Source of the DNA: Myxococcales bacterium
Lineage (GTDB): Bacteria > Myxococcota_A > Polyangia > Polyangiales > DASUME01
Length of the DNA stretch: 64,000 nucleotides
Assembly: GCA_047601445.1 (NCBI GenBank)
Contig: JASGJH010000001.1
Location: forward strand, 1,632,001-1,696,000
Direction of reading: 5' to 3'
Shown here: positions 29,565 to 40,061 of the stretch, one piece after another
How the letters are laid out: every line of letters begins with the position of its first letter
Numbering within the stretch: position 1 is the stretch's first letter
Notes under the pieces: generated by a model
Database searches by the model: none
What the model was told of the DNA's origin: nothing
Seen by the model: only the letters and a program-made list of their open reading frames with translations
Position numbers and translations under genes: made by a program

Positions 29565-30314
29565 TCAACCATCGAGCGAGAGGATACCCGTGTCGCCTTT
29601 CACGCCAAAGGCCGTGATGCTTTCGTAGCGAGGTTCGGTCAGGATGCTGATCACGTGTTGGCCGAACTCCCGCGGAGACATCGGCTTGCCGAAGCCCGCC
29701 AAGAATTCCTCCACCGTGATGCCCTTCTTCGTGGCGTAGGCCGTCGCACAGGCTCGCCCATGATCGGTGGCACCCATCATCTGACGCGGCACAATGGCCT
29801 GGAAGCGCAGGTCGAGCCCGCGTTCCGCGGCAACGCCATTGGCGTAGTGCGCCATCATCCAGATCATCCGCTTGGCACCGCCGTGGCCACCCGAGAGCGG
29901 GGACCCCGACACGGCCGCGCCGCTGGATCCCAGCAGCACGCGGCTGCCCTTCTCGAGCGGCAATCGAATGGCCGCCTGGGTCCACTGCAGTGCTGCGCGG
30001 GTATCGGTGTTCCAGGTTGCGCTGAAGTCCTCCCATGAAATCTGGTCGATGGCCCGCATCGGCGGCGTCACGCCCGCGTTGAGGACCAAGACCGCAGGTC
30101 GAACCTCACGCAGGGCCCGGCCGGGGAGTTCGGGATCCGCGATGTCCCCCGCGATGGTGGTCACGCCCAGGCGTTGCGCGAGCTCCGCGAGCCGCCCTGG
30201 ATGGCGAGCGATCACAGTGACTTCGGCTTCGGCTTCCAGCAAACACTCGACCAGTCCCAGGCCCAGACCTCGGCTTCCGCCCGTCACGAGCACGCGCTTT
30301 CCTCGGAGCTGCAT
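29565..30314 (-). CDS. SDR-family oxidoreductase (atypical active site)
   Basis: TGGSRGLG, VLNAG; HGGAK in place of YxxxK. Confidence 0.85.
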   Translation of the reverse strand: MQLRGKRVLVTGGSRGLGLGLVECLLEAEAEVTVIARHPGRLAELAQRLGVTTIAGDIADPELPGRALREVRPAVLVLNAGVTPPMRAIDQISWEDFSATWNTDTRAALQWTQAAIRLPLEKGSRVLLGSSGAAVSGSPLSGGHGGAKRMIWMMAHYANGVAAERGLDLRFQAIVPRQMMGATDHGRACATAYATKKGITVEEFLAGFGKPMSPREFGQHVISILTEPRYESITAFGVKGDTGILSLDG

Positions 30315-30364
30315 GGCTGCGATTTCCTTTGTAGCGATGGACCACGTTGGTTCATCGAGGAAAG

Positions 30365-30389
30365 GACGATCGAGCCCCCCAAAAGGATG
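30365..30389 (-). promoter_or_regulatory. Possible ECF-type promoter (CATCC-N16-CGTC) for the SDR-sigma operon
   Basis: CGTC -10-like element 16 nt from CATCC, upstream of 30314. Confidence 0.35.
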
Positions 30390-30424
30390 CGGAGGTGGCG
30401 CAACGAGCCGACAGTGAGCGTAGC

Positions 30425-31588
30425 TCAGGGGCGGTGCACGGTGGCGGCGACCCAGTCTGCGTTGACCTCGAGCGCGAACGCCGCGCGCGAGTCCGGGTCG
30501 ACCCAGTTGGGCTCCAGGGTCTCCGTGTTACCCAGACAGTTGATCTTGTCGAACCAACAGTGGTCTGCCGCGGTGAGCTGGCAGTCTGCCTTCTGCACGA
30601 GCACCCAGCCGCTACCGTCCGCCCGCAAGCACTCGGTACGACCGTCGTTGGGGCACTGGGCCGCGCTGAAGCCCACCGTCTTGTTCAACGTGGCCACGTC
30701 CGCGTTCATGCCGTCGGCCGCACCGTTGACCACACGCAGGCGATTCTTGGGCAGGGCCGCAGCGTCGAAGCCCCCGTAGCCCGTGGTCCACACGGCGCGC
30801 ACCCGCGGGTCGAAGTTGGCCGCGATGTGGGCCGCGAGCGCGCCCTGGCTGTGCCCCCAGGTCGCGATGCCCTTGTCGCAGTCGACCTCGGGCAGCGCGC
30901 AGGCGATGGAGAGCAGGTCCGCGTCGCCGTTGTTGTACGCGCACTTGAGCTTGTTATCGAAGGCGAAGGTCAGGCTGTTGTCATACTGAGCGGAGAGCGC
31001 CACGAAGCCACGGCGCGCCATCGCCTCGGTCACCGCCAGCGCGGCCTTGCAGTCGTAACGTGAGCCCTCGTCGTCGGCCGTCACCGAGGTGCCCACGAAG
31101 TACAGGAAAAGCGGGTAGCGCGCGCTACTGTCGCCCTTCGGCATGTGCCCGATGGTCGCGTACTTCTGCGAGCATGTGGCGCCCCCGTTGACGCTGCCCA
31201 AGTAGGTGGGCGGATTGGCGAACGGCTTGGCCTCGAGCAAAGCGGCGCCCCCATCCGGTTGCCACGAGCCGCCGCCATCCACCGGGCCACCGCCGTCGTA
31301 TCCCGGAGCGTCGTCGCCATCCCCCCCGCGTCGCCTGCCAGGTCCCCGTCGCCGTCTCCAGCCCCCGTCGCGTCGCCATCCCCGTGGTGAGCGCCCGGCT
31401 TATCTCCGTCGCCCTGCCCTTCGCCATCGTCGTCGTCCCCGTCACCCGCAGACGTGGAATCGCCCCCTGCGTCCAGACCGCGACCTGCGCCAGGCGACTT
31501 CCCGCTGTCGCAGGCCGCCAAGAGCAAGAGTCCCAACCACGCAACCTGGCGGATTCTTGTTCTGACTGCGGCGCGTGGTGGTCATCAT
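30425..31588 (-). CDS. Secreted Cys-rich alpha/beta hydrolase lipoprotein, frameshifts near 31570 and 31325
   Basis: LLLLAAC lipobox, GD-rich linker, WGHSQGA motif; 7-C homopolymer at one break. Confidence 0.65.
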
Positions 31589-31782
31589 GGGGCAGGCTCC
31601 GTCGGGAGCCTCGCTTTTGACCACGTCCCGAGCCAGCGAAGCAATGGCCTCAGGGACCCCGAGAGAGGCCCTGGCGCCCGCTCTTGCTCACAAATCCCGT
31701 GAAGCCTGGATTTTTCTCGCGTAGAAGCTCGCAAAACGCACGCGTGCCCCCGGCGTTGGCTCAAGCGCGACGAGCTTCGCGC

Positions 31783-33045
31783 TCAGCGCAGCTGCACCAT
31801 GTTGTAGGAGCTGCCCTGGATCTTGAAGCCCTTGATGGCCTGCCCACTCACGACCTCGTAAGCGGTGGTCTCCGAGTAGTCCGCGTTCGGCACCATGAGG
31901 AACGTGCGTTCACCGACTTTGACGTCCGTGTAGCCGCCAGCCTTGAAATCGAGTCCCTCGAGTGGACCCCCCGTCTTCGTGTTCAGGTCGATTTCCCACA
32001 GGCGCCAGTTCGCGGTGTTCGCGAGTTCCTGGGCGTCGGTGTTGGCGTCGATGGTCACGCGCTCGGCGTGGAATACGTCGAGCAGGGCTTTGCCGCCCCC
32101 GAGGTAGCGCAGCACCGCCGCCTCACGGCCGCCCGTAATATCTGCGGCGAAGTTCAGCTGGAAGCTCGCATCGAAGGTGTCCTCACCGTTCTTCACGCGG
32201 AGCGCACAGCTCTTGGGGTAGTCGCTGGTGAGGGACAGCCCAACGGTCCATGCCCAGCCGCTGAAGTAGATGTCGCCGCTTTCGTCGGCGAACGGTCGGC
32301 TGTACAGCTGCGGGCAGCGATGGTCCTCCACCAGACTGAGCAGCTTGTCGCTCTCGACGTCGTACACCGCGAGATACTGCGGGGCAGCCAAGAAGTCCCA
32401 GGTGTCGTAGTTGAGGAGGGTGAAGATGCGGTACATGCGATTGCCGCGCACGATCGCAACGCTCTCGAACTTGTAGCCCTCCTGCACGATGTCGGGTCCG
32501 GCAATCTCGCCGGTGATTTGCAGCGTGGTCGGGTTCCAGGCGATGTGACTGCCGTCGCTGCCGTTGAAGATGTAAGCCTTCTGCTCGTTGACGAAGACGG
32601 CGCCCCAGTCGTCGATCGCGAAGAACTCGGGCACGCCGTAGTTCATGAAGTTGAGGCTGCCCGCAGGCTTGAGCAAGCCGTCGTCCGCGAGCTCGAAGCG
32701 CTCGACCACCGGCGCACTGGAGCTGGCGATGAAGAAGTACTTGCCCACCGCGTGCACGCTGGCGCGACCGTTCACCTCGCGCGCGCTGGCCAGGCTGATC
32801 TCCGGCACGTCCAGCGAAGGCACGAGCGGGACGTAGCTCGTGGAGGTCGCGAAATCCGCTCCATAGACTTCAGTGGGCACCGCGAAGACATGGCCGCTAC
32901 CGGCGTCGCCGTCGCCGGGCGTCTCGGAGTCGTCGTTCTTTCCCTTGGACGTGTCGTCGCCGCACGCCACCATCGGCGCGAGCGCCGCCGTCAACAGCGC
33001 CACCGACCACCAGCAGCGCGCTCCCTTGTTCATGTCCTGTTGCAT
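31783..33045 (-). CDS. MxcI-like iron-uptake-associated lipoprotein
   Basis: MVAC lipobox, TSYVPLVPSLD, WNPTTLQITGEI, GDIYFS; directly downstream of the TonB receptor. Confidence 0.7.
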   Translation of the reverse strand: MQQDMNKGARCWWSVALLTAALAPMVACGDDTSKGKNDDSETPGDGDAGSGHVFAVPTEVYGADFATSTSYVPLVPSLDVPEISLASAREVNGRASVHAVGKYFFIASSSAPVVERFELADDGLLKPAGSLNFMNYGVPEFFAIDDWGAVFVNEQKAYIFNGSDGSHIAWNPTTLQITGEIAGPDIVQEGYKFESVAIVRGNRMYRIFTLLNYDTWDFLAAPQYLAVYDVESDKLLSLVEDHRCPQLYSRPFADESGDIYFSGWAWTVGLSLTSDYPKSCALRVKNGEDTFDASFQLNFAADITGGREAAVLRYLGGGKALLDVFHAERVTIDANTDAQELANTANWRLWEIDLNTKTGGPLEGLDFKAGGYTDVKVGERTFLMVPNADYSETTAYEVVSGQAIKGFKIQGSSYNMVQLR

Positions 33046-33067
33046 CGTGTTTCTCCTGTGAATCCCC

Positions 33068-35491
33068 TCAAAGCGAAGCCGTCGCCTTGAAATAGAAAGC
33101 TCTCCCCGGGCGCAGCACGCCGTAGAAGTCGTAGGCCGCCTGGTCGGTGAGGTTCTGCACCTCGCCCGTGAAGCTCAGGGCCCGCGCCTCGTTCCGGACC
33201 TCGTAGATCAGCGCCAGCGAGTGCAAGAGCTGCGCGTCGACGCCGAGCTTGTTGGTGCCGATACCCTCCCAGCCGCGCAGAAACCCGTGCACGTAGCGCG
33301 TGGTCCAGGCCAGCGAGAGTTGGTCTCGGGTCGCGACCACGTTCTTGGTCTGCAGCCGCGCACTCCCGTTGCCGAAAAGGTAAGGCCGGTTGGGGATGCG
33401 GTCGCCCTCATTCTCGGCGAACGCGCCCTTGGTGGAGGTATTGCGGAAGTCCACGTAGGTGACGTTTCCATCGAGCGCCACGTACTCGCGCTTCGACGTC
33501 CAGCCGGCAGCCGCCTCCACGCCGAGCGAGCGCGCGCTGTACACGTTCTGGTAGGTCGCGGTCTGCTCGTCGCCCACCAGCACGATCAAGTCGTCAGCCT
33601 TGCGCAAGAAGCCGTTCACGTTGGCGCGGAGCTGCCCTGCGCGTGTGTCGCGCGCGTCGACGTTGAGCCCGAGATTCACGTTGTGACTCACTTCGGGCGC
33701 GAGCTTCAGGTTCGGTCCCACGGGGAAGGCGTTGCCGAAGATCTCGTCGGCGCGTGGCAGGCGCGTGGCCCACTCGTAGGAGGACTTGGCGTAGATCCAA
33801 TCGGCCCACGCGTAGCGCAAGGAGTCGCCCCAGCCGAAGCGATGGGTCGCGCGGTCCTGGCGCCGGATCAGCCCGTTCGAGAGCGGATCCTCGGAGCGCA
33901 GCACCTGCAGGTAGTCCTTGGCGAACAACGCGTTCTCGAGGCGCCCGCCGAGCAGCGATGACTGGTACTCGAGCCCGCTCACCAGGCCGTACAAGTGGCG
34001 CTCCACGTCGAGCGGATCGCGTGCCGCGGGGTTGACCTCCCGGCGCTCGTCGCCGTCGCGTCCGGTCAAGGTGGGAGAGAGCGATGCCCGCAGCGCGTGC
34101 ACGGTCGAGAGCTTCCACGCCAGCGTGGCGCGACCGTACACACCGTTCTCCTCGTACAGCTGGTCCTGAGCGCGGCCGACGCGCTCGCCAGGCTGAGGGC
34201 GCATGCGAAGGCACTGGCCAAACCAGTCGTAGACGCAATCGCCCAAATCACGATAGTGCGTGAGCCTGCGCGCGTAGCCCGCGACCGCGTTCAGCGTGAC
34301 GCCGCGCGCGAAGGTGTTCTCGTAGCGCAGCGTGGCGCCTCCGGAGAGTTCCTTGAGGTCCACGTCCCCGTACGGACTAAAGGTCATCAGCAAGTTGTGC
34401 TGAATCTGCTTGTCGTACTGGGTGAAGAACCCGCGCACGAGCAGGCGCTCCGCCCAGGGCTTGCCCACGACCCCCGTCTCGAGGTTCGCGCCTCCCGCGC
34501 GGTATCCGTCATGGAAACGGTACACGCGAGTGAGCCGCTCGCGGCCCTGGGCGTCCGCGATCTCGATGTTCATGGGATAGTTGTTGTCGGCCGAGTCGAA
34601 GAAGCCATTCACCCGCGTGAACCAGCCGCTAGGCTCGTGCAGGTGACGCGCGCTCGCCGTCAGGCGCTGGGTGCCGAACGACCCCAGCTGATAGGAGCCG
34701 GACGCGTGAGTGCCGCGCACGCGCTCGTCGCTCACCAGGTTGACCGCGCCGCCCAGCGCGTCGGCCCCAAAGCGAATCGGCACCACACCGCGATAGATCT
34801 CCACGCGCTCGACTAGGTTCACCGGCACGTTGGCGATGCCGAACGGATAGCCCGTGAACTCCAGCGGCACGCCGTCCAGGTAGAAGCGCACTTGGTCGTC
34901 AGTCAGCCCGTTGAGTGAGAACCTGGTGTCGGAGCCGAGCCCGCCCGCGCGCTGCACGCCCACGCCCTGCGTACGGGCCAGCACCTCACCGAGGTCGGCG
35001 CTTTGACGCTGCGCTTGCGCCGTCTCCACCACGTGCACCGCTTCCGCCGAGCGCCGCGCGGTCTCTGCTTTGGAGCGGCCGCGCACCGTCACTTCGAGCT
35101 TGGTGGTTTCCTGGTACGCAGCCCCACTGTCGCTCTGCGGAGGTGCGACTGGCGCAGGTGGTGCGAGCGGTGGATCTGGCGGCACAACCTCCGGTGGCAG
35201 CGCCGGCTCGAAGGGCGCCACTGGCTCCGACGGCGCAGGTTCCCCACCAGGAACCGCTGCGTCGACTTCGCGAGAATCGTCTACGAGAGCGGGCGCAGGC
35301 ACTGCACCTGCGTCGGCGTCGGAAGCCGACGCATCGGTTGGCGCTGGCTCGAGGGGACTCTCTTGAGCGAGTCCCGCGGCACTGCTGAACACCACCAGCG
35401 TGGCCATGAGCCATTGGGGCCAGCCCGAGCGAGCAGGCAGACGGATGCATCGCGACGTGACGTCGCTGGATTTCGCGGAGGGTGAATGCAT
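33068..35491 (-). CDS. TonB-dependent siderophore receptor, MxcH-like (start uncertain)
   Basis: GVQRAGGLGSDTRFSLNGL, VERVEIYRGVVPIRFGADALGGAVNLV, RPGRAFYFK. Confidence 0.9.
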   Translation of the reverse strand: MHSPSAKSSDVTSRCIRLPARSGWPQWLMATLVVFSSAAGLAQESPLEPAPTDASASDADAGAVPAPALVDDSREVDAAVPGGEPAPSEPVAPFEPALPPEVVPPDPPLAPPAPVAPPQSDSGAAYQETTKLEVTVRGRSKAETARRSAEAVHVVETAQAQRQSADLGEVLARTQGVGVQRAGGLGSDTRFSLNGLTDDQVRFYLDGVPLEFTGYPFGIANVPVNLVERVEIYRGVVPIRFGADALGGAVNLVSDERVRGTHASGSYQLGSFGTQRLTASARHLHEPSGWFTRVNGFFDSADNNYPMNIEIADAQGRERLTRVYRFHDGYRAGGANLETGVVGKPWAERLLVRGFFTQYDKQIQHNLLMTFSPYGDVDLKELSGGATLRYENTFARGVTLNAVAGYARRLTHYRDLGDCVYDWFGQCLRMRPQPGERVGRAQDQLYEENGVYGRATLAWKLSTVHALRASLSPTLTGRDGDERREVNPAARDPLDVERHLYGLVSGLEYQSSLLGGRLENALFAKDYLQVLRSEDPLSNGLIRRQDRATHRFGWGDSLRYAWADWIYAKSSYEWATRLPRADEIFGNAFPVGPNLKLAPEVSHNVNLGLNVDARDTRAGQLRANVNGFLRKADDLIVLVGDEQTATYQNVYSARSLGVEAAAGWTSKREYVALDGNVTYVDFRNTSTKGAFAENEGDRIPNRPYLFGNGSARLQTKNVVATRDQLSLAWTTRYVHGFLRGWEGIGTNKLGVDAQLLHSLALIYEVRNEARALSFTGEVQNLTDQAAYDFYGVLRPGRAFYFKATASL

Positions 35492-35570
35492 GGGTGACTC
35501 GCGCCGAACCGCGGAGCGCCGTCAGCGAACGAACAGGACGGCAACTTCAGCAGGGCTGGCGAAGCCTACT

Positions 35571-35598
35571 GCAATTGACAATCACATTCAACAATTGC
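35571..35598. promoter_or_regulatory. Fur-box-like palindrome upstream of the siderophore receptor
   Basis: GCAATTGACAATCACATTCAACAATTGC, an AT-rich palindrome in GC-rich DNA. Confidence 0.7.
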
Positions 35599-35800
35599 CG
35601 AGATTTTTCTCACCGAGCGCGTCTCATCGCGAGCCCGGGTGCGCGCGGACCCGCGAGCGTCCGGTCCGGTCGTGGCAAGCAAAGCCAAAGCATTTGCGAG
35701 CAATTTTGCCGCGTCGAATCGGACCTTGGGGGCAGAGAAGCCGACCTCTCAAGCCTGAGGAGGACCTTCTCGGAATCGATCACCGACGCCGCAAAACGAT

Positions 35801-35820
35801 GTTGAAAATTGATTTCATGA
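35801..35820. promoter_or_regulatory. Second Fur-box-like site
   Basis: GTTGAAAATTGATTTCATGA. Confidence 0.55.
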
Positions 35821-35861
35821 TGTAGCCGACGAGCTGCATCAGCCAACGCGAGGGGTCGCGC

Positions 35862-36503
35862 TTACTGGAGACAGCCGCAGGCGATGCGGGCGCTGACGCC
35901 GCTATCGTCCGGGTCGAATCCTTGGCCGAGCCCATTGAGCCAGTAGTTGATGCCCGTGGACCATTGGTGGCAGCCCAAGCCGAGCTCGTCTGGCCGCGTC
36001 GACGCGACGACGTTCCCCGTTGATCCGAGCGCACTCAAGACCGCGTGACAATTCTCGGCGCTGCCGCCCTGCGCGCTCGAGCCAACGAAGGTCGGGGTGC
36101 GCGCGTCGTATCCCCCGTGCGCTTCGCAAGTCTGTCGACAGCTCTGCCCGTAGGCGCCGAGGTACCAACACACGCCCAAGAGTGACGTGTCGCAGGCGAC
36201 GGAATCGGTGTCTTCTCCCTGGTCCCCATTGTCGTCGGCGGGAGGCGTGAGCATTGCTCCCTCCGCGCGGCCCGCGAGGGCCCCATCCTGCAGCCCCTGC
36301 GCTGCGCCATCCCCCTCGCCTGCTGCGCCCGAGTCGCCCGAGGAGCCGGGGTCGAAGGCGGCGCCGTCGTCCAGCACGCTGTCGCCTGCGTCTGGCGCTT
36401 CATCTGAGCGCGCGTCTCGTCCGTCGTAGCCGATGAGAACGCACCCCGGCTGTGCGACCGCCAACAGAAACAGCGAAGCCATGACATGGGAGCGAAAGGA
36501 CAA
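35862..36503 (-). CDS. Hypothetical lipoprotein with Cys-rich C-terminal domain
   Basis: AQPGC signal, acidic linker, CWYLGAYGQSCRQTC..CGCLQ. Confidence 0.65.
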   Translation of the reverse strand: MSFRSHVMASLFLLAVAQPGCVLIGYDGRDARSDEAPDAGDSVLDDGAAFDPGSSGDSGAAGEGDGAAQGLQDGALAGRAEGAMLTPPADDNGDQGEDTDSVACDTSLLGVCWYLGAYGQSCRQTCEAHGGYDARTPTFVGSSAQGGSAENCHAVLSALGSTGNVVASTRPDELGLGCHQWSTGINYWLNGLGQGFDPDDSGVSARIACGCLQ

Positions 36504-36627
36504 CGTTCACCACCCGACGACTCCTTAAACGCTATCACGCTCCGAACCTGCCGCGTCGAGGACTCACCTCAGATCGCAGCGGCGAACACGCTGAATGCCC
36601 GACATCCGCGCCCACGCACGGAGTCTG

Positions 36628-37932
36628 CTACGCGGCGACAGCCGGCTCTTCGACCACGCGGACCTTTTGTCGCGCGTCCGGCTGCTTGGTCGCGCGCTTC
36701 TCGCGCTTACGCCACCAGATCCACACGCCGCTCGCGCTGAGTGCGGCGACGACGAGGCCCATCAGCAGCACGAACACGCGGTACCAGGTGCCGAACACGG
36801 CTGCGAAATGCAGCCCGAACAGCCAGTTGGTCACGCTGTTGCCCGCGCTCATGCCGGTGGGCGCGTCGAAGCCGATTAGGTGACCGTCCTTGGCGTCGAA
36901 GTACACCTGCGTGTGCGGGTTCTTGAAGGTGATGTCGAGGCTGCTCTCCACGCCATACACGAAGGCGCCGTGATCGGCCGCGTAGTGCAGCCAGAGCTCG
37001 CGCTTGATGTCGAACTTGCGTAGCGCCGCCTGCTCCGCCATGAGTCGCTTGCCCACGGCGTGCGCCGCACGCGTGTCCATCCCCGGCGCGGGATGAGGCG
37101 GCTCGAGTTCGGGCAAGCTGTCGTGGACACTCGGCCGATAGCCGAGCACGCTCATCACGGGCGCGTACACCGGCTGCAAGTTGAGCGCCACGGCGGACCA
37201 AGCGAACACCAGCAGCATGGCCCAAACCCAGAGGCCGCTCGCGCGGTGCCAGCTGAAGATGAGGCTGAAGAGTCGCGACGTGTTCAGGAGCCAGGCGGGC
37301 AGCCAGCGCGCGAACCAGCTGCGAGAAGAACCGCGCTCGCGGGTCACCGCCCTCGGTAACGTAAGGTAGGCCCCCACGAAGCAGTCCAGGGTCCAGAGCA
37401 ACGCCACGATGCCGAACAACCAGCTGCCCACCTCGCCGAGCGCGAGCGAGTAGTGCAAGCGATAGACGAACGGCATCACGTTGACGAGCCCCTCCGAGAG
37501 ATCGCCCCAGCTGCGTGAGCCGAGCACCTCCCCGGTGTAAGGATTGGCGAACCACTGCCGCCAGCGTCCAGGCGTCTCCTCGATCCAGATGCTCAGGGCG
37601 CGCTCCGGCTCGTGCGAGAAGAACACGGCGTGGTGATTCGAATCGGCAGGAAGGTGCTGCCTCACGCGCTCGTCCACCTCGAAGGGATCGAGGCGTGTGA
37701 CGCCCGGAGCCGGCAACGCAACGCGGTGGAGCTTGGGACTCAGCGCGCCGTCGAGCTCTTCGTTGAACGCGAGCAAGCTGCCGGTGAGCCCGGCCAGGAG
37801 CAGGAACACCGACAGGCAGAGCCCCACGTAGCGATGGGCGAGAATGGCCACCCCTCGGATTCCGAGCGCTGCTGGACGACGGAAGACCTTGGGTTCGAGC
37901 GGAGTTCCTGCGATCGCCGGTGCGTCTTCCAT
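36628..37932 (-). CDS. PepSY-associated TM-helix protein (iron-regulated, ferri-siderophore reductase-like)
   Basis: HRYVGL, LTGSLLAF, NPYTGEVLG, YRLHYSL, WHRASGLW, GLHF. Confidence 0.92.
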   Translation of the reverse strand: MEDAPAIAGTPLEPKVFRRPAALGIRGVAILAHRYVGLCLSVFLLLAGLTGSLLAFNEELDGALSPKLHRVALPAPGVTRLDPFEVDERVRQHLPADSNHHAVFFSHEPERALSIWIEETPGRWRQWFANPYTGEVLGSRSWGDLSEGLVNVMPFVYRLHYSLALGEVGSWLFGIVALLWTLDCFVGAYLTLPRAVTRERGSSRSWFARWLPAWLLNTSRLFSLIFSWHRASGLWVWAMLLVFAWSAVALNLQPVYAPVMSVLGYRPSVHDSLPELEPPHPAPGMDTRAAHAVGKRLMAEQAALRKFDIKRELWLHYAADHGAFVYGVESSLDITFKNPHTQVYFDAKDGHLIGFDAPTGMSAGNSVTNWLFGLHFAAVFGTWYRVFVLLMGLVVAALSASGVWIWWRKREKRATKQPDARQKVRVVEEPAVAA

Positions 37933-37997
37933 GGGGGCGCTCTTTCGCGGGCCAGACCACGAGGGGGGCCACGCACGCGACCCTACGGCACCATCGG

Positions 37998-38021
37998 GAT
38001 AATGCAAGGCATTTTCAATAA
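37998..38021. promoter_or_regulatory. Fur-box-like site upstream of the PepSY gene
   Basis: GATAATGCAAGGCATTTTCAATAA. Confidence 0.6.
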
Positions 38022-38124
38022 CACGCTTGGGGAACGCCTCGGCTGGGCCAAGGCTCTTTCATCCAGCGGCTGAACGCGACGCGCGGGCTCGCTCTTCTCC
38101 GCGATCCAGGCGGATCCCCGACTC

Positions 38125-38700
38125 TTACTTGAGCTTCTTGGCAGCCGCCGCGATGGCGGCCTTCAGCTCCGTGAGGCGCTTGTTGACGTCGGCCTTGACG
38201 GTCTTGAAGGTGTCCAGCGTGGCGTCATCGAATTCACCGATGCTCTTGCTGAGCTCCTTCTGCAGCCGCGTGACCTCCTTCAAGCTCGCCTGAGCCGCGG
38301 TCTTGGCCTTGCCCGTGGCCTTCGCCGCATTGGCCTGCAACTCGCGCGCGTCTTCATTCAGCGCGTTGAGCTTGGCCTTCGCCTCGGCCTTGTAGCCCTC
38401 GCGAGCTTTGCTTACGGCCCGGTTGGCATCCTTCTCGGCCTGTTCCGCGCTCTCCTGGGCTTCGCGAATCGCGTTCTGGGCCTCCGCGCGCGCCTGTTCG
38501 GCGGCCGCGGTCACCTGGGCCTTGAGGGACTCCACCTGTTGCTGCGCTTCGGCGAGCTTCTCATTGGCCTGCTTCTGCACCAGGGCGACGCGCTCGTCGG
38601 CCTGCTTCTGCACGGCGGCGAGGGCTTCGGTGTTGTCGCAGCCAGTCCAGAGCGGGCTGGCAAGCACGCACAGGAGGCCGAGCACTGCGGGGTGCTTCAT
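38125..38700 (-). CDS. Coiled-coil lipoprotein
   Basis: MKHPAVLGLLCVLASPLWTGC followed by an Ala/Lys/Glu/Gln-rich helical body. Confidence 0.75.
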   Translation of the reverse strand: MKHPAVLGLLCVLASPLWTGCDNTEALAAVQKQADERVALVQKQANEKLAEAQQQVESLKAQVTAAAEQARAEAQNAIREAQESAEQAEKDANRAVSKAREGYKAEAKAKLNALNEDARELQANAAKATGKAKTAAQASLKEVTRLQKELSKSIGEFDDATLDTFKTVKADVNKRLTELKAAIAAAAKKLK

Positions 38701-38981
38701 CTCGGATGGGCGGTCGTTTCGCTGAGCTTGGATGGGATGCGGCATAGGGCGCAAGGCTAGCCCGAGTTGGGACCCGGGGCCCAATTGGCGGCCCCCTCGG
38801 GGTGAGGCACGCGCATCCTGCGCGGCGCGGCGGCGGCCGCCCTGTCGGCAACCTATCGAAACCGATCCGGGTGGGCGACAGCGCAAATCACCCCCAACGC
38901 GCCCCGCTCCGACTGGCTCGAAGCCGGTGGTATCGTCCATCTTCAAGCGACTCGAGACGTCGCCTCCGGAATCGCGAAGTT

Positions 38982-40054
38982 GTGTCCAAACTCCCCTACT
39001 CCATCCTCGCCAAGCTCCTCCTCGCTGTGGCCTTCCACGCTTTCGTCATGGGCGCCGCGGCCGCCTGTGGTCCAGCGGAGACCGAGAATCGTGGTGGTCG
39101 TACAGGCCGAAGCGAGCCTCGTGTCCGAGCTGCAAGCCGTCGAGGCCGAAACCGACCACGAGCGCAGCGTGGTCGCGCGGGCCCGTACGGGTAAGCCCGT
39201 CCGCTTCCCGCTCTCGTTCACCCTCCGGCAACACAAGAAGCCCGTGACGCGTCTCAGCGTGCGCGCCCTGCGCGGCGATGTGGTGCTCTCCGAGCGCAGC
39301 GCGGACGTACGCTTCGAGTCCGGGCGTCAATTGGCCTGGTACGTCTACCTCAGCGCGCACTGTTCCAGCGGTTGTGCCGGCGAACATAGCTGCGACGCCT
39401 GTGGCGTGTGTGCTCCGAATCCGGCTTGCTCCGCTCGAGCGCGCCCCCAGCGATGACGACATGGCTGCGCCCTTCCCGCCGCCCATGTGCGATTCGAGCG
39501 GCGCGCTCGACGCGGGCGGCGACGCGAGCCAAATGAGCACGCCTTCGGATGACGCTGGCTCCCATCACGTCGGCTCCGATGACGCGGGTCAGGTCAACGT
39601 CACGCCGGACCGCGACGCCGGCTCGGATGCAGCGCAGACGCCGGCTGCGCCCGACGGCAGCGTTCCCCCGGACGGTGGATCGGACGCGCATGTGCCTGAG
39701 GTGATCGATGCCGCGTCGTTCTTCTGGCAATGCGTGAGCGGCCCCTGCGCCTGGGGTACCGAGGGCAACGCCTACGGCGTGGCCTGGCCAGCGGAGCTCC
39801 ACCCCCAAAACGCCCGCATGCTCTACAGCAACTCGGCCCCCATCTATCTCGGCGCGACCGCAGCCGAGGGCATTACCCTGCATGGGGTCGAAGGCAGCGC
39901 CGGCATCTACGCAGGCAGCACGAGCGCGGAATCCCACCGTCCCCTGGGTACCATCGGGCCCGGCATCTCCTTGACCATCACGAACCTGCAGCCCGACGAT
40001 TTGGTCAGCGTGCAGAGCGATTCGCCCTTCAGCTACACGCTCGAGCTGCCGTAG
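38982..40054 (+). CDS. Hypothetical secreted lipoprotein, two frameshifts (near 39083 and 39418)
   Basis: Signal ..AAAAC, FPLSFTL domain, Cys cluster, DAG linker and C-terminal beta domain across three frames. Confidence 0.5.
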
Positions 40055-40061
40055 ACCGCGT

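Noticed and set aside
38023..38038. 16-bp match (acgcttggggaacgcc) to the BTAD repeat region 47003-47018
   Set aside because: A single 16-mer match is plausible by chance in 64 kb of GC-rich DNA, and only one full repeat unit is present here.
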